Of a DNA stretch of 32,000 nucleotides, positions 17,331 to 25,129 are shown in pieces (the stretch's first letter is position 1; every line of letters begins with the position of its first letter). Origin of the DNA: Candidatus Nitrospira inopinata (GTDB lineage: Bacteria > Nitrospirota > Nitrospiria > Nitrospirales > Nitrospiraceae). Position numbers and translations under genes: made by a program. The notes under the pieces are model-generated. The model was given only the letters and a program-made list of their open reading frames with translations. It had not been told where the DNA came from and ran no database searches. The stretch covers positions 2,610,001 through 2,642,000 of the forward strand of contig NZ_LN885086.1 in NCBI RefSeq assembly GCF_001458695.1, read 5' to 3'.

Positions 17331-18568
17331 GCGCATGGTCTTGCGCGGGACTCCACAAGCCATTTGAGGGCTCCCGCTCCGGCCCATCGGCCGGTCGCCA
17401 AACAGGCCGTCAGCAGATACCCCCCGGTCGGGGCTTCCCAGTCCAACATCTCCCCCGCACAGAACAGACCGGGCATTCTCCGCAGCATCAATCGCTCATC
17501 CAAATCCTCAAAGCGCACCCCTCCCGCGGTACTGATCGCTTCCGCGAGGGGTCGAGTCTCGCGCAATACGAGGGGCAAGGACTTGATGGCCGCGGCAAGG
17601 GCGATCGGATCGGCAAAGGTCTCGCGGGGAAGCACCTCCCGCAACAAGGCGGATTTCACTCCGCTGATGCCGGCGTAGCGCCGCAGATGAGTCGCCATCG
17701 TCCGCTTACCCCGAGGGCGCGACAGGTCGTGTTCCAAACGGACTCGATCGCGATCCGGTGTCAAATCAACGGCAAGCACTACCCGCCCTTCTCGCTCGAT
17801 CCGGTCACGGAGTACCGAAGATACGGCATAAATCCCCCCTCCTTCCACGCCCGTTTCAGTAATGACAAATTCGCCTTGCCGACGCTGGATGGCGCCGTCC
17901 GGCGTCGTCACGAGCAGCGCCGCCGATTTCACCGGTTGGCCGGCAAAGCGGGTCTTAAAATACACGCTCCACTCGACGTCGAATCCACAGTTGGCCGGCC
18001 GCAACGGAGCGATCTCGACGCCGCGGCCGCGCAGCAACGGCACCCAGGATGCGTCTGACCCCAGCTTCGGCCAACTGGCTCCGCCCAGTGCAAAAATCAC
18101 CGCGTCGGCTTCGACCGATTGCTCCCCCGTCGGCGTCAGAAACAACATCGCTCCCCGTTCGTCCCAGCCTGACCACCGATGTCGCACATGAAACCGAACG
18201 CCGGACTGCCGCAATCGGCGCAACCAGGCTCGCAAGAGCGGAGCGGCTTTCATATCGGCGGGGAAAATTCGGCGCGATGTTCCTATGAAAGTCCGTATGC
18301 CGAGCCCCGATGCCCACTCGCGGATCGCATCAGGCCCAAATGAGCGAATGATCGGAGCGAGCTGCATCCGTCGTGAACCGTAGCGAGAAAGAAAAGTTTC
18401 CAACGGCTCTGAATGGGTGAGGTTCAATCCGCCTTTGCCGGCCAGGAGAAACTTTCGACCGACCGACGGCATGGCGTCATAGAGATCGACTTGCGCGCCC
18501 TCTGCAGCGGCCGTTTCGGCCGCCATGAGGCCGGCCGGTCCTCCGCCGACGACGGCAATCTTCATCAT
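17327..18568 (-). CDS. NAD(P)/FAD-dependent oxidoreductase of the HI0933/BaiN-like flavoprotein family
   Basis: MMKIAVVGGGPAGLMAAE.. dinucleotide-binding motif, ..GRKFLLAGKGGLNLTH.., C-terminal ..LFCAGEMLDWEAPTGGYLL... 413 aa. Confidence 0.85.
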   Translation of the reverse strand: MMKIAVVGGGPAGLMAAETAAAEGAQVDLYDAMPSVGRKFLLAGKGGLNLTHSEPLETFLSRYGSRRMQLAPIIRSFGPDAIREWASGLGIRTFIGTSRRIFPADMKAAPLLRAWLRRLRQSGVRFHVRHRWSGWDERGAMLFLTPTGEQSVEADAVIFALGGASWPKLGSDASWVPLLRGRGVEIAPLRPANCGFDVEWSVYFKTRFAGQPVKSAALLVTTPDGAIQRRQGEFVITETGVEGGGIYAVSSVLRDRIEREGRVVLAVDLTPDRDRVRLEHDLSRPRGKRTMATHLRRYAGISGVKSALLREVLPRETFADPIALAAAIKSLPLVLRETRPLAEAISTAGGVRFEDLDERLMLRRMPGLFCAGEMLDWEAPTGGYLLTACLATGRWAGAGALKWLVESRARPCA

Positions 18569-18704
18569 TGACGCCCTTTATCCCACGGTCGGAATCGTAT
18601 CAAAGTATTCCCGCGGCAATGATCGCGGCGCTCGCCCGGTCGCATCACGTTTGAGCGTGTCCAACGCATGTCCGATGTCTTCAGAGTTCCCTCCTATGAC
18701 CTGT

Positions 18705-19310
18705 TCACTGACGATTCAGACAGGGATCACAGCCGTTTTGACGCGAGTGAAAGTCAACGACTCCACCACGGCGGTCGAGCTCGATCCGGCAACAGTCGTC
18801 CAACATCCGCCTGAGCAGTTTGCGGCCCCGTTGCACCCGGGATTTCATGCCGGGCAAAGAAATTCCCAAGCGTCTGGCCGCAGCCTGCTGCGTCAGTCCA
18901 TCGAACTCCACCAGGACAATGGCTTCCCGATAATCTTTGGACAGCCGTTCAATCATGGGGCGCAGGCAGCCGGCGAGTTCAGCGCGAACCCAGCCCGGCT
19001 CATCTTGGCCCATGCTATCGGAGCTTGGAAATACCTCGACTAATGCTTCAATTTCCGCGTTTAATCCAACTGGAGTTTCACGCTGTTTTCCTGGTTTTCG
19101 GTAATAATCAACAATCGCGTGCCTTGTGATCTGATAGACCCAAGAAACAATGCGACTGGAATCCTTCACACTGTCCATCTGCCGATGAACGCGCTCGAAC
19201 ACGTCGTGCAGAATGTCATCGACATGGCCATGATCCCCCACCCGCCTGGCAATGAAGGCCCGGAGGCCGCCATGAACGAGTTGCCAAAGTTCTTCAGTTT
19301 TGGTGGTCAT
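18705..19310 (-). CDS. ECF (sigma-70 family) RNA polymerase sigma factor with a Cys-rich C-terminal extension (SigZ-like)
   Basis: Region 2 (DDILHDVFERVH..SWVYQITRHAIVDYYRK) and region 4 (LSKDYREAIVLVEFDGLTQQAAARRLGISLPGMKSRVQRGRKLL), followed by ..DDCCRIELDRRGGVVDFHSRQNGCDPCLNRQ. SD GAGGAGAGAGG upstream; 42 nt after the ArsI/CadI gene. Confidence 0.85.
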   Translation of the reverse strand: MTTKTEELWQLVHGGLRAFIARRVGDHGHVDDILHDVFERVHRQMDSVKDSSRIVSWVYQITRHAIVDYYRKPGKQRETPVGLNAEIEALVEVFPSSDSMGQDEPGWVRAELAGCLRPMIERLSKDYREAIVLVEFDGLTQQAAARRLGISLPGMKSRVQRGRKLLRRMLDDCCRIELDRRGGVVDFHSRQNGCDPCLNRQ

Positions 19311-19352
19311 GACGGCCTCTCTCCTCTGACTTTCTTACAGTACTGCTCGGGT

Positions 19353-19796
19353 TCAGGCTCCGCAAGAAGCCGGCTCGGACGCACTCCCCTGCTTTGGGAC
19401 GCAGCAACCAGTGTGGCTGAGAGTGCCCGTGACCTCCAGTTGCTCATGGACGGTAAAGATTTCCCATGCATTGCCGTCCGGGTCGCTGAACCAGAGTTTG
19501 TCCTGTCGGGCGAAGCAACAGGCGATATTTTCTTCGATCTTTTGGAGAATGCCCCGCTCCTGCAAGCGGGTTTTCCACTCGGCGATCTCATCGACCGTCT
19601 CGACCTCGATCCCCAAATGATCCACGGAACTGACCTTCCCGGTGGAGGATACCACCGAAAAGTTCAGCGCGGGGACCTTCAGGTCGAACTTGGCGTAGTC
19701 GGCCACCTGTTTCTGCGGCTTCACGCCGAATACCTTTTCATAAAACGCCGCCGACTTGGCGACGTCGCGCACATCGAGCGAAATATGGGGACGCAT
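19353..19796 (-). CDS. ArsI/CadI-family VOC (glyoxalase-fold) metalloenzyme with vicinal cysteines and a Cys-rich tail
   Basis: MRPHISLDVRDV..FYEKVFG.., DHLGIEVETV, IACCFARQDKLWFSDPDGNAWEIF (the CC..QDK.W..DP.GN.WE signature of ArsI/CadI), tail ..SHTGCCVPKQGSASEPASCGA. Start set at ATG 19796 with SD AAGGAGG; the track start at 19931 adds an unlikely extension. Confidence 0.8.
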   Translation of the reverse strand: MRPHISLDVRDVAKSAAFYEKVFGVKPQKQVADYAKFDLKVPALNFSVVSSTGKVSSVDHLGIEVETVDEIAEWKTRLQERGILQKIEENIACCFARQDKLWFSDPDGNAWEIFTVHEQLEVTGTLSHTGCCVPKQGSASEPASCGA

Positions 19797-19813
19797 GGGA
19801 GACCTCCTTGAGA

Positions 19814-19840
19814 TGAAACGGCGGCTCATTCCACCGTTCA
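19814..19840 (-). promoter_or_regulatory. Imperfect inverted repeat TGAACGG-n12-CCGTTTCA that can also be read as an ECF-type promoter (TGAAC-n15-CGTT), just upstream of the ArsI/CadI gene
   Basis: Minus strand reads gaTGAACGGtggaatgagccgCCGTTTCAtctcAAGGAGGtctcccATG. Pattern only; both readings are hypotheses. Confidence 0.3.
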
Positions 19841-19997
19841 TCGTTAAAGACGGAGTATCAGGAAAAAGGATGCACGGGGGGAGAGTAAAGAGTGGTCGCT
19901 TCACAGTCCGGTAGGCTGACGTGGAGAACATCTCCCCGCGACCGTCATGGCGGCGATGTTGCGACTGAGCCGTTCCGATCGGACCCGGAGGGCTTCT

Positions 19998-20429
19998 TTA
20001 TGGAGACCTCGATTTCCGCCGTTTCTTGCCAGACGCGATTTCCGCTGTCGTCTTCGGGGGGACAAGGGATTGAGAAAAAGGGAGATTTTTGAGCAGAACG
20101 CTCCGGAGGGCAACGGCTTGATTATGCCGTTCGTCCTTGGCCGAATAGAGCAGCGTGATCGGTTTGGTTTGAGCCTCTTTGACAAGAAGGACCAATAGAT
20201 CCTCTTTTTCTTTGAGCTCAGCCTGATAACGTCGGCAAAATTCGGTCCACTTGGCCGGATCATGGTTGAACCACTGTCGCAAGGCCGCCGATGGTCCAAG
20301 GTCCGGCAGCCAGGAATCAAGTTTGGCGTCGGACTTTGAAATCCCCCTGGGCCACAGGCGATCAACCAGCACACGGAAGCCATCGGACTTGGCCGGAAGC
20401 TCATAGATTCGTTTGACCGACACTTTCAT
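19998..20429 (-). CDS. DUF488 (YeaO-like) family protein
   Basis: MKVSVKRIYE.P...DGFRVLVDRLWPRGISK..AKLD.WL.DL.PS..LR.WF.HDP.KW.EF..RY..EL is the DUF488 signature. ATGA overlap with the upstream reductase gene. Confidence 0.85.
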   Translation of the reverse strand: MKVSVKRIYELPAKSDGFRVLVDRLWPRGISKSDAKLDSWLPDLGPSAALRQWFNHDPAKWTEFCRRYQAELKEKEDLLVLLVKEAQTKPITLLYSAKDERHNQAVALRSVLLKNLPFSQSLVPPKTTAEIASGKKRRKSRSP

Positions 20430-21268
20430 GAATCGCCGATTGATTCAATGTGTCTTATGTCTTCCGCCGATAAGGTGAATCGATCCAATAGCAAGTCTTC
20501 TTTCATATGCTCAGGGTTCGTCGTACCGGTGAGGGGCAACATCCCTACTTGCAGTGCGAATCGGAAAACAAGTTGAGCCGGAGTGGCTTGGTACCTGGCC
20601 GTCATGGCTCGAATTCGGTGGTCGATCAACACCGCTCGATTCGCGGTCAACAACGAAAATCCCTGGTAAATGATGCCGTGTCTCCGGCAAATCTCCCGGA
20701 CGTTCTTGTCCCATCCCAAGGCGGCGTAACACCGGTTCTGCACCACCATCGGTTTGTGTTTGGCTCGCTCGCACAAGAGAGTCAGTTGCTCGGCCGAGAC
20801 GTTGCTTATGCCGATCATTTTGGTCTTTCCCGCATCATACAACGATTCGATGGCGGCCCAGACCTCCCAGTCTTCCCTGCCCAGTCCGCGGCGGGAGTAC
20901 GGACCGTGGAGCACATAGGAATCGAGATAATCCGTGTGGAGATGGTCGAGAGAGCTCGCAAAGGACTGACGGACTTGCTCGCCGAGGCTTGCGCGGGGAT
21001 CATAGGGCAGCCGATGATCCTGACCATGGAGGGGGGTGAATTTGGTCTGAAGAAACAACCGGCTGCGCGCGATTCCCCGTTGCGCGAGCTGTTCCAGCGC
21101 GTCCCCGACCCTCGCCTCGTCGTAATGGACGAGCTGATTGGCCGTATCAATCGCCGTAAAGCCGGCTTCGACGGCCTTGAGCACCAATGAGGTCGTGGCT
21201 TCTTTCTTCCAAGCCGTTCCGTACATGAAAGAAGGAATCGGTATGTGATTGTAAGCGGTCAACGTCAT
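20426..21268 (-). CDS. Aldo/keto reductase
   Basis: Catalytic tetrad context: IDTANQLVHYDE (D, Y), LFLQTKF (K), DSYVLHGP (H). Start set at ATG 21268 (SD GAAGGAGAGG) rather than 21322. Confidence 0.9.
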   Translation of the reverse strand: MTLTAYNHIPIPSFMYGTAWKKEATTSLVLKAVEAGFTAIDTANQLVHYDEARVGDALEQLAQRGIARSRLFLQTKFTPLHGQDHRLPYDPRASLGEQVRQSFASSLDHLHTDYLDSYVLHGPYSRRGLGREDWEVWAAIESLYDAGKTKMIGISNVSAEQLTLLCERAKHKPMVVQNRCYAALGWDKNVREICRRHGIIYQGFSLLTANRAVLIDHRIRAMTARYQATPAQLVFRFALQVGMLPLTGTTNPEHMKEDLLLDRFTLSAEDIRHIESIGDS

Positions 21269-21333
21269 CGGAGCCTCTCCTTCACGAAGGCCGTACCTTA
21301 CACAGTTCCCGGTGGCGGACACAACCGGAGAAT

Positions 21334-21342
21334 TGCTAGATT
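21334..21342 (+). promoter_or_regulatory. Extended -10 element TGcTAGATT, 6 nt upstream of the 21349 ATG (leaderless-type start)
   Basis: tTGcTAGATTacgaccATG; no SD and no recognisable -35. Pattern only. Confidence 0.35.
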
Positions 21343-21348
21343 ACGACC

Positions 21349-21672
21349 ATGCCGCCGGAAGACGACATCACGCTCGCCGAGGTTCGGATCAGTTATCGTT
21401 ACCTTAAGGAGCATCCCTGGGTGGTGACTGCCGTGAACGGGTTTCTCTCGGCCTACTTCATGGAGCAGCCTGGGTTTCGGGTGCGCCGTCATTTTGACGA
21501 GCTGGAATCCGGCATGCACGTGTGGCTGTGCGAAGCGCCGGCCACGATGAACATGACGATTCTGCTGCGAAGGCTGCAAGCCGACCTTCCGCCGTTTCGA
21601 TTCAGCCGAATCGAAGCCGAGACAACACCCCATCCGCCCTCGTATGTCATTGATGTGTCAGACGGTGAGTAA
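21349..21672 (+). CDS. Hypothetical 107-aa protein, no recognisable family
   Basis: The only non-shadow ORF in the interval; the opposing 111-aa ORF is Arg/His-rich and shadow-like. The start coincides with the expected TSS of the extended -10 element. Confidence 0.5.
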   Translation: MPPEDDITLAEVRISYRYLKEHPWVVTAVNGFLSAYFMEQPGFRVRRHFDELESGMHVWLCEAPATMNMTILLRRLQADLPPFRFSRIEAETTPHPPSYVIDVSDGE

Positions 21673-21731
21673 TGCCCTCGACTTTTCGTTCGCTTCATGT
21701 TGAAACAGATGCCGGCCTTTTACTGATCAAG

Positions 21732-21737
21732 TATAAT
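21732..21737 (+). promoter_or_regulatory. Perfect TATAAT hexamer 8 nt upstream of the 21746 ATG (leaderless-type start); no convincing -35
   Basis: caagTATAATttcccatcATG; no SD between the -10 and the ATG. Confidence 0.35.
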
Positions 21738-21745
21738 TTCCCATC

Positions 21746-22834
21746 ATGAAACACGTGCTGGTGCTTGGAGCGGGAAAGATCGGGTCGTTGATCGCCTGTC
21801 TGCTTTCTCAGCGGGGAGATTATGACGTGCATCTGGGCGACGTCACGATCGAGCCGGCGGAACGTCTCGTGAAGAATCTTGGATTGGAGCGGGTCACGCC
21901 TTGCCTTCTTGATGTCCGCCATCCGGACGCCGTCAGCGCCTATCTCTCGGCTCATCCGTTTGAGGCCGTCTTGTCGTGCCTTCCCTATTTTTGCAACCCG
22001 ACGGTGGCGGGTTTGGCGTTGACCCATGGCCTGCACTACTTTGATCTGACGGAAGACGTCGAGGTCACGAACCAGATCAAGGTGTTGAGCGCCGGCGCCG
22101 CTCGCGCCTTCATGCCGCAATGCGGCCTTGCGCCCGGCTTCATCAGCATCGTGACGCATGATTTGATGACGCATTTTGAGGAATTGGATACGGTGAAGAT
22201 GCGAGTCGGGGCCTTGCCGGTGCATCCCAGCAATGCGCTCAAATACTCGCTCACCTGGTCGACCGACGGGCTGATCAACGAATACGGCAACCTCTGCTAC
22301 GGCATCGAAGCTGGTGAGAAGGTTCCCCTTCAACCGTTGGAAGGTCACGAGACGATCGAGGTGGACGGCCTGTTGTACGAAGCCTTTAACACGTCGGGAG
22401 GCCTCGGGACATTGGCGGACAGTTACGCCGGAAAAGTGAAGACCATGAATTATAAAACGCTCCGGTATCCGGGGCACTGCGAGAAAATCCAACTGCTCAT
22501 GAAGGATCTCAAACTCAACGAAGACCGTGAGACGCTCAAGCGCATTCTTGAACGGGCCATTCCACAAACGCTCCAGGACGTCGTGCTGATTTATGCCTCC
22601 GTGACGGGAACCCAAGGAGGGGGACTGTTCGAGGAAAATTACGTCAAAAAGATCTATCCTCAATGTATCAAGGGGAAACTGTGGTCCGCCATTCAGGTCA
22701 CCACGGCATCGAGCGCATGCTGCGTCATGGATCTTGTGTTGAGTCGGCCGTCGCAGTACCATGGATTCGTGACGCAGGAATCGATTCCCTTGAAGGATTT
22801 TCTCGATAATGAATTTGGAGCCTGTTTTCGATGA
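21746..22834 (+). CDS. Saccharopine-dehydrogenase-family enzyme, most likely L-lysine 6-dehydrogenase
   Basis: Rossmann start [29 protein letters not shown], 362 aa. Its stop overlaps (ATGA) the start of an ALDH7-type dehydrogenase. The specific activity is inferred from this pairing. Confidence 0.75.
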   Translation: MKHVLVLGAGKIGSLIACLLSQRGDYDVHLGDVTIEPAERLVKNLGLERVTPCLLDVRHPDAVSAYLSAHPFEAVLSCLPYFCNPTVAGLALTHGLHYFDLTEDVEVTNQIKVLSAGAARAFMPQCGLAPGFISIVTHDLMTHFEELDTVKMRVGALPVHPSNALKYSLTWSTDGLINEYGNLCYGIEAGEKVPLQPLEGHETIEVDGLLYEAFNTSGGLGTLADSYAGKVKTMNYKTLRYPGHCEKIQLLMKDLKLNEDRETLKRILERAIPQTLQDVVLIYASVTGTQGGGLFEENYVKKIYPQCIKGKLWSAIQVTTASSACCVMDLVLSRPSQYHGFVTQESIPLKDFLDNEFGACFR

Positions 22835-24360
22835 CGACGTTTCAAAGCGCCCTTAAAGATCTCGGCATTCAAGCCGTCAATTCCGGCGGCAGCACCGGAG
22901 CCGGATGGTGGTCCGGCCAAGGCGATCGGCCCATTTTGCAGTCGATCAATCCCGCCACCGGCGAAACGTTGGCGGGCGTCTCGCCCTGCTCTCAAGAGGA
23001 TTATGAACGGATACTGAAAGATTCGGTCGAAGCATTTCGAACTTGGCGCATGGTGCCGGCTCCCAAACGCGGTGAAGTGGTGCGATTGATCGGTCAGGCC
23101 CTTCGGGAAAAAAAAGATCAATTGGGCACCCTGGTCTCCTTGGAGGTGGGAAAGATCAAAGCCGAAGGCGACGGCGAGGTGCAGGAAATGATCGACATGG
23201 CCGATTTTGCCGTCGGTCAATCGCGGATGCTGTACGGCCTGACGATGCAATCCGAACGGCCGGCCCATCGCATGTTCGAACAGTGGCATCCGCTGGGACC
23301 GGTCGGCGTCATCACAGCCTTCAACTTTCCCGTGGCCGTCTGGGCCTGGAACGCTTTTTTGGCCGCGGTGGCCGGAGACACGGTCGTGTGGAAACCTTCA
23401 CCAAAAGCCCCGTTGTGCGCCATCGCCGTCCAGAAGATCTGCAATCAGGTCATGCAGCAACAGGGTTACGCCGGCGTTTTTTCGCTGTTCATCACGGATC
23501 ACGTCGACCTTGCCGAGCAAATGGTTCAGGATCGGCGACTGCCGCTGATCTCGTTTACCGGCTCCGTCGCCGTCGGCCGCCACGTCGCTTCCGTCGTCGC
23601 GCAACGATTGGGCCGGACCTTGCTGGAACTCAGCGGCAACAACGCGGTGATTGTCGATGAGACCGCCGATCTGGACCTGGCGGTGCGGGCCGTCGTCTTC
23701 GGCGCCGTGGGGACCGCCGGCCAACGGTGCACGACGACACGACGACTGTTCGTCCATGAATCGCGCTACGAAGAACTGACGAGCAGGCTGATCAAAGCGT
23801 ACGGTCAAGTACGTATCGGCAACCCGCTCGACTCCAACGTCCTGATGGGCCCCCTCATCGACCAGGCCGCCGTTCAGGCCTATGTTTTCGCCTTGGAAGA
23901 AATCAAGAAAGAGGGGGGGGAGATCCTCTATGGCGGTCACGTCTTGAATCGGACCGGCCACTTCGTGGAACCGACGATCGTCCGAGCCAAAAACCACTGG
24001 CCCGTCGTCCAACGGGAAACCTTCGCCCCGATTCTGTATGTCATGACGTTTTCGACTCTCGACGAAGCGATCGCCATGCAAAACGACGCGCCGCAGGGAC
24101 TTTCATCCGCCATGTTCTCGAATCACGTTCGACACACCGAGCAGTTTCTCTCGGCCGCCGGCAGCGATTGCGGCATCGCCAATATCAACATCGGGACGTC
24201 GGGGGCTGAAATCGGCGGGGCTTTCGGAGGAGAAAAAGAAACGGGCGGCGGCCGAGAAGCGGGATCGGACGCATGGAAATCCTATATGCGACGCCAAACG
24301 ACGACCATCAATTGGAGCGCCGATCTTCCGCTGGCTCAGGGCATTAAGTTCGGCGAGTAA
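22831..24360 (+). CDS. amaB: ALDH7-type aldehyde dehydrogenase (alpha-aminoadipic semialdehyde / piperideine-6-carboxylate dehydrogenase)
   Basis: [59 protein letters not shown] (Glu), [13 protein letters not shown] (Cys). These are the antiquitin-family versions of the ALDH motifs. Confidence 0.88.
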   Translation: MTTFQSALKDLGIQAVNSGGSTGAGWWSGQGDRPILQSINPATGETLAGVSPCSQEDYERILKDSVEAFRTWRMVPAPKRGEVVRLIGQALREKKDQLGTLVSLEVGKIKAEGDGEVQEMIDMADFAVGQSRMLYGLTMQSERPAHRMFEQWHPLGPVGVITAFNFPVAVWAWNAFLAAVAGDTVVWKPSPKAPLCAIAVQKICNQVMQQQGYAGVFSLFITDHVDLAEQMVQDRRLPLISFTGSVAVGRHVASVVAQRLGRTLLELSGNNAVIVDETADLDLAVRAVVFGAVGTAGQRCTTTRRLFVHESRYEELTSRLIKAYGQVRIGNPLDSNVLMGPLIDQAAVQAYVFALEEIKKEGGEILYGGHVLNRTGHFVEPTIVRAKNHWPVVQRETFAPILYVMTFSTLDEAIAMQNDAPQGLSSAMFSNHVRHTEQFLSAAGSDCGIANINIGTSGAEIGGAFGGEKETGGGREAGSDAWKSYMRRQTTTINWSADLPLAQGIKFGE

Positions 24361-24461
24361 GCGCTCTCTCAAACAATCCCCGCGCTGTCGAGCGGCGACG
24401 TCTTGTGAGAGACCGGCGCGGGACGTATCCCGGCAGGCGAGCGAACCACGGGAGCCCTATC

Positions 24462-25058
24462 ATGGACCAGGCCAAGACACTGGATGAGCTGTTGCAGCGG
24501 ATGGTGGCGGACTACGTCTCCCGCAACCGAGCCGCCTCTCTCCTTAAACACATGCTCGATGACGCGGGCGTCGGACTGACTCCCGTCATCGATCACGTGA
24601 CGATCCGGACGCTCGATATCGAGCAAGGGGCGAAGCCGTTCGTCGAACTGGGCTATGTCTATGACGAAACCATTTCCTACGACGATTGGTACGCCAAGGT
24701 CTATCGCAAGGCTGGCTATCCCGCTCTTTTTGTCGACCAGGCCTACGCCGATGATCGGGGAAAAACCAGCATCATCCCGGCCTGGGTCCGGAAATTCGGC
24801 GACAAGGTGTTTCACCACGTGGCGGTGCGCGTCGAGGATATCGAGTCGGCGGTGGATCGCCTCAAGCTGAAAGGCGTGGTGTTTGCCGGCACGATCGTCG
24901 GCAATCGAGGAGACCGTCTCCGGCAAGTGTTCTCGGCTCCGGAGACGGTCGACGGTCAGCCGTTCACCGTCTTGGAGCTGGCGGAGCGGCATCGCGGATA
25001 CCTCGGATTTCTCCCGCCGCAAGCCGACAGTCTGATGAAGTCCACCGCCCCGCGCTGA
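24462..25058 (+). CDS. Small VOC-superfamily metalloenzyme-like protein (possibly short DUF1338 / HglS-related)
   Basis: Candidate His/His/Glu ligands in IDHVTIRT, FHHVAVRVEDIE and VLELAERH. Start set at MDQAKTL (ATG 24462). The equally long antisense ORF is Arg/Asp/His-rich and was rejected. Family assignment is tentative. Confidence 0.6.
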   Translation: MDQAKTLDELLQRMVADYVSRNRAASLLKHMLDDAGVGLTPVIDHVTIRTLDIEQGAKPFVELGYVYDETISYDDWYAKVYRKAGYPALFVDQAYADDRGKTSIIPAWVRKFGDKVFHHVAVRVEDIESAVDRLKLKGVVFAGTIVGNRGDRLRQVFSAPETVDGQPFTVLELAERHRGYLGFLPPQADSLMKSTAPR

Positions 25059-25129
25059 TCCGGACGTTCGACTTCCACGGACTCCATCTTACCTGGATAG
25101 TTCATCGTTTTTATGCAGGTTCGCTCCTC

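Noticed and set aside
21695-22762. 355-aa minus-strand ORF opposite the lysine dehydrogenase-like gene
   Set aside because: The plus-strand frame has a Rossmann motif, normal composition and translational coupling to the next gene. The minus frame is Arg/His-rich and motif-free.
23913-23920. G8 run inside the ALDH7-type gene (also a C8 run at 17071-17078 inside the lipoprotein gene) as possible slippage or frameshift sites
   Set aside because: Both reading frames are intact across the runs (..KKEGGEIL.. and ..EAPPSP..), so there is no evidence of disruption.
24369-25022. 217-aa minus-strand ORF, the same length as the VOC-like gene on the plus strand
   Set aside because: Its composition is Arg/Asp/His-rich. 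The plus frame has VOC-type metal-ligand motifs and fits the operon direction.
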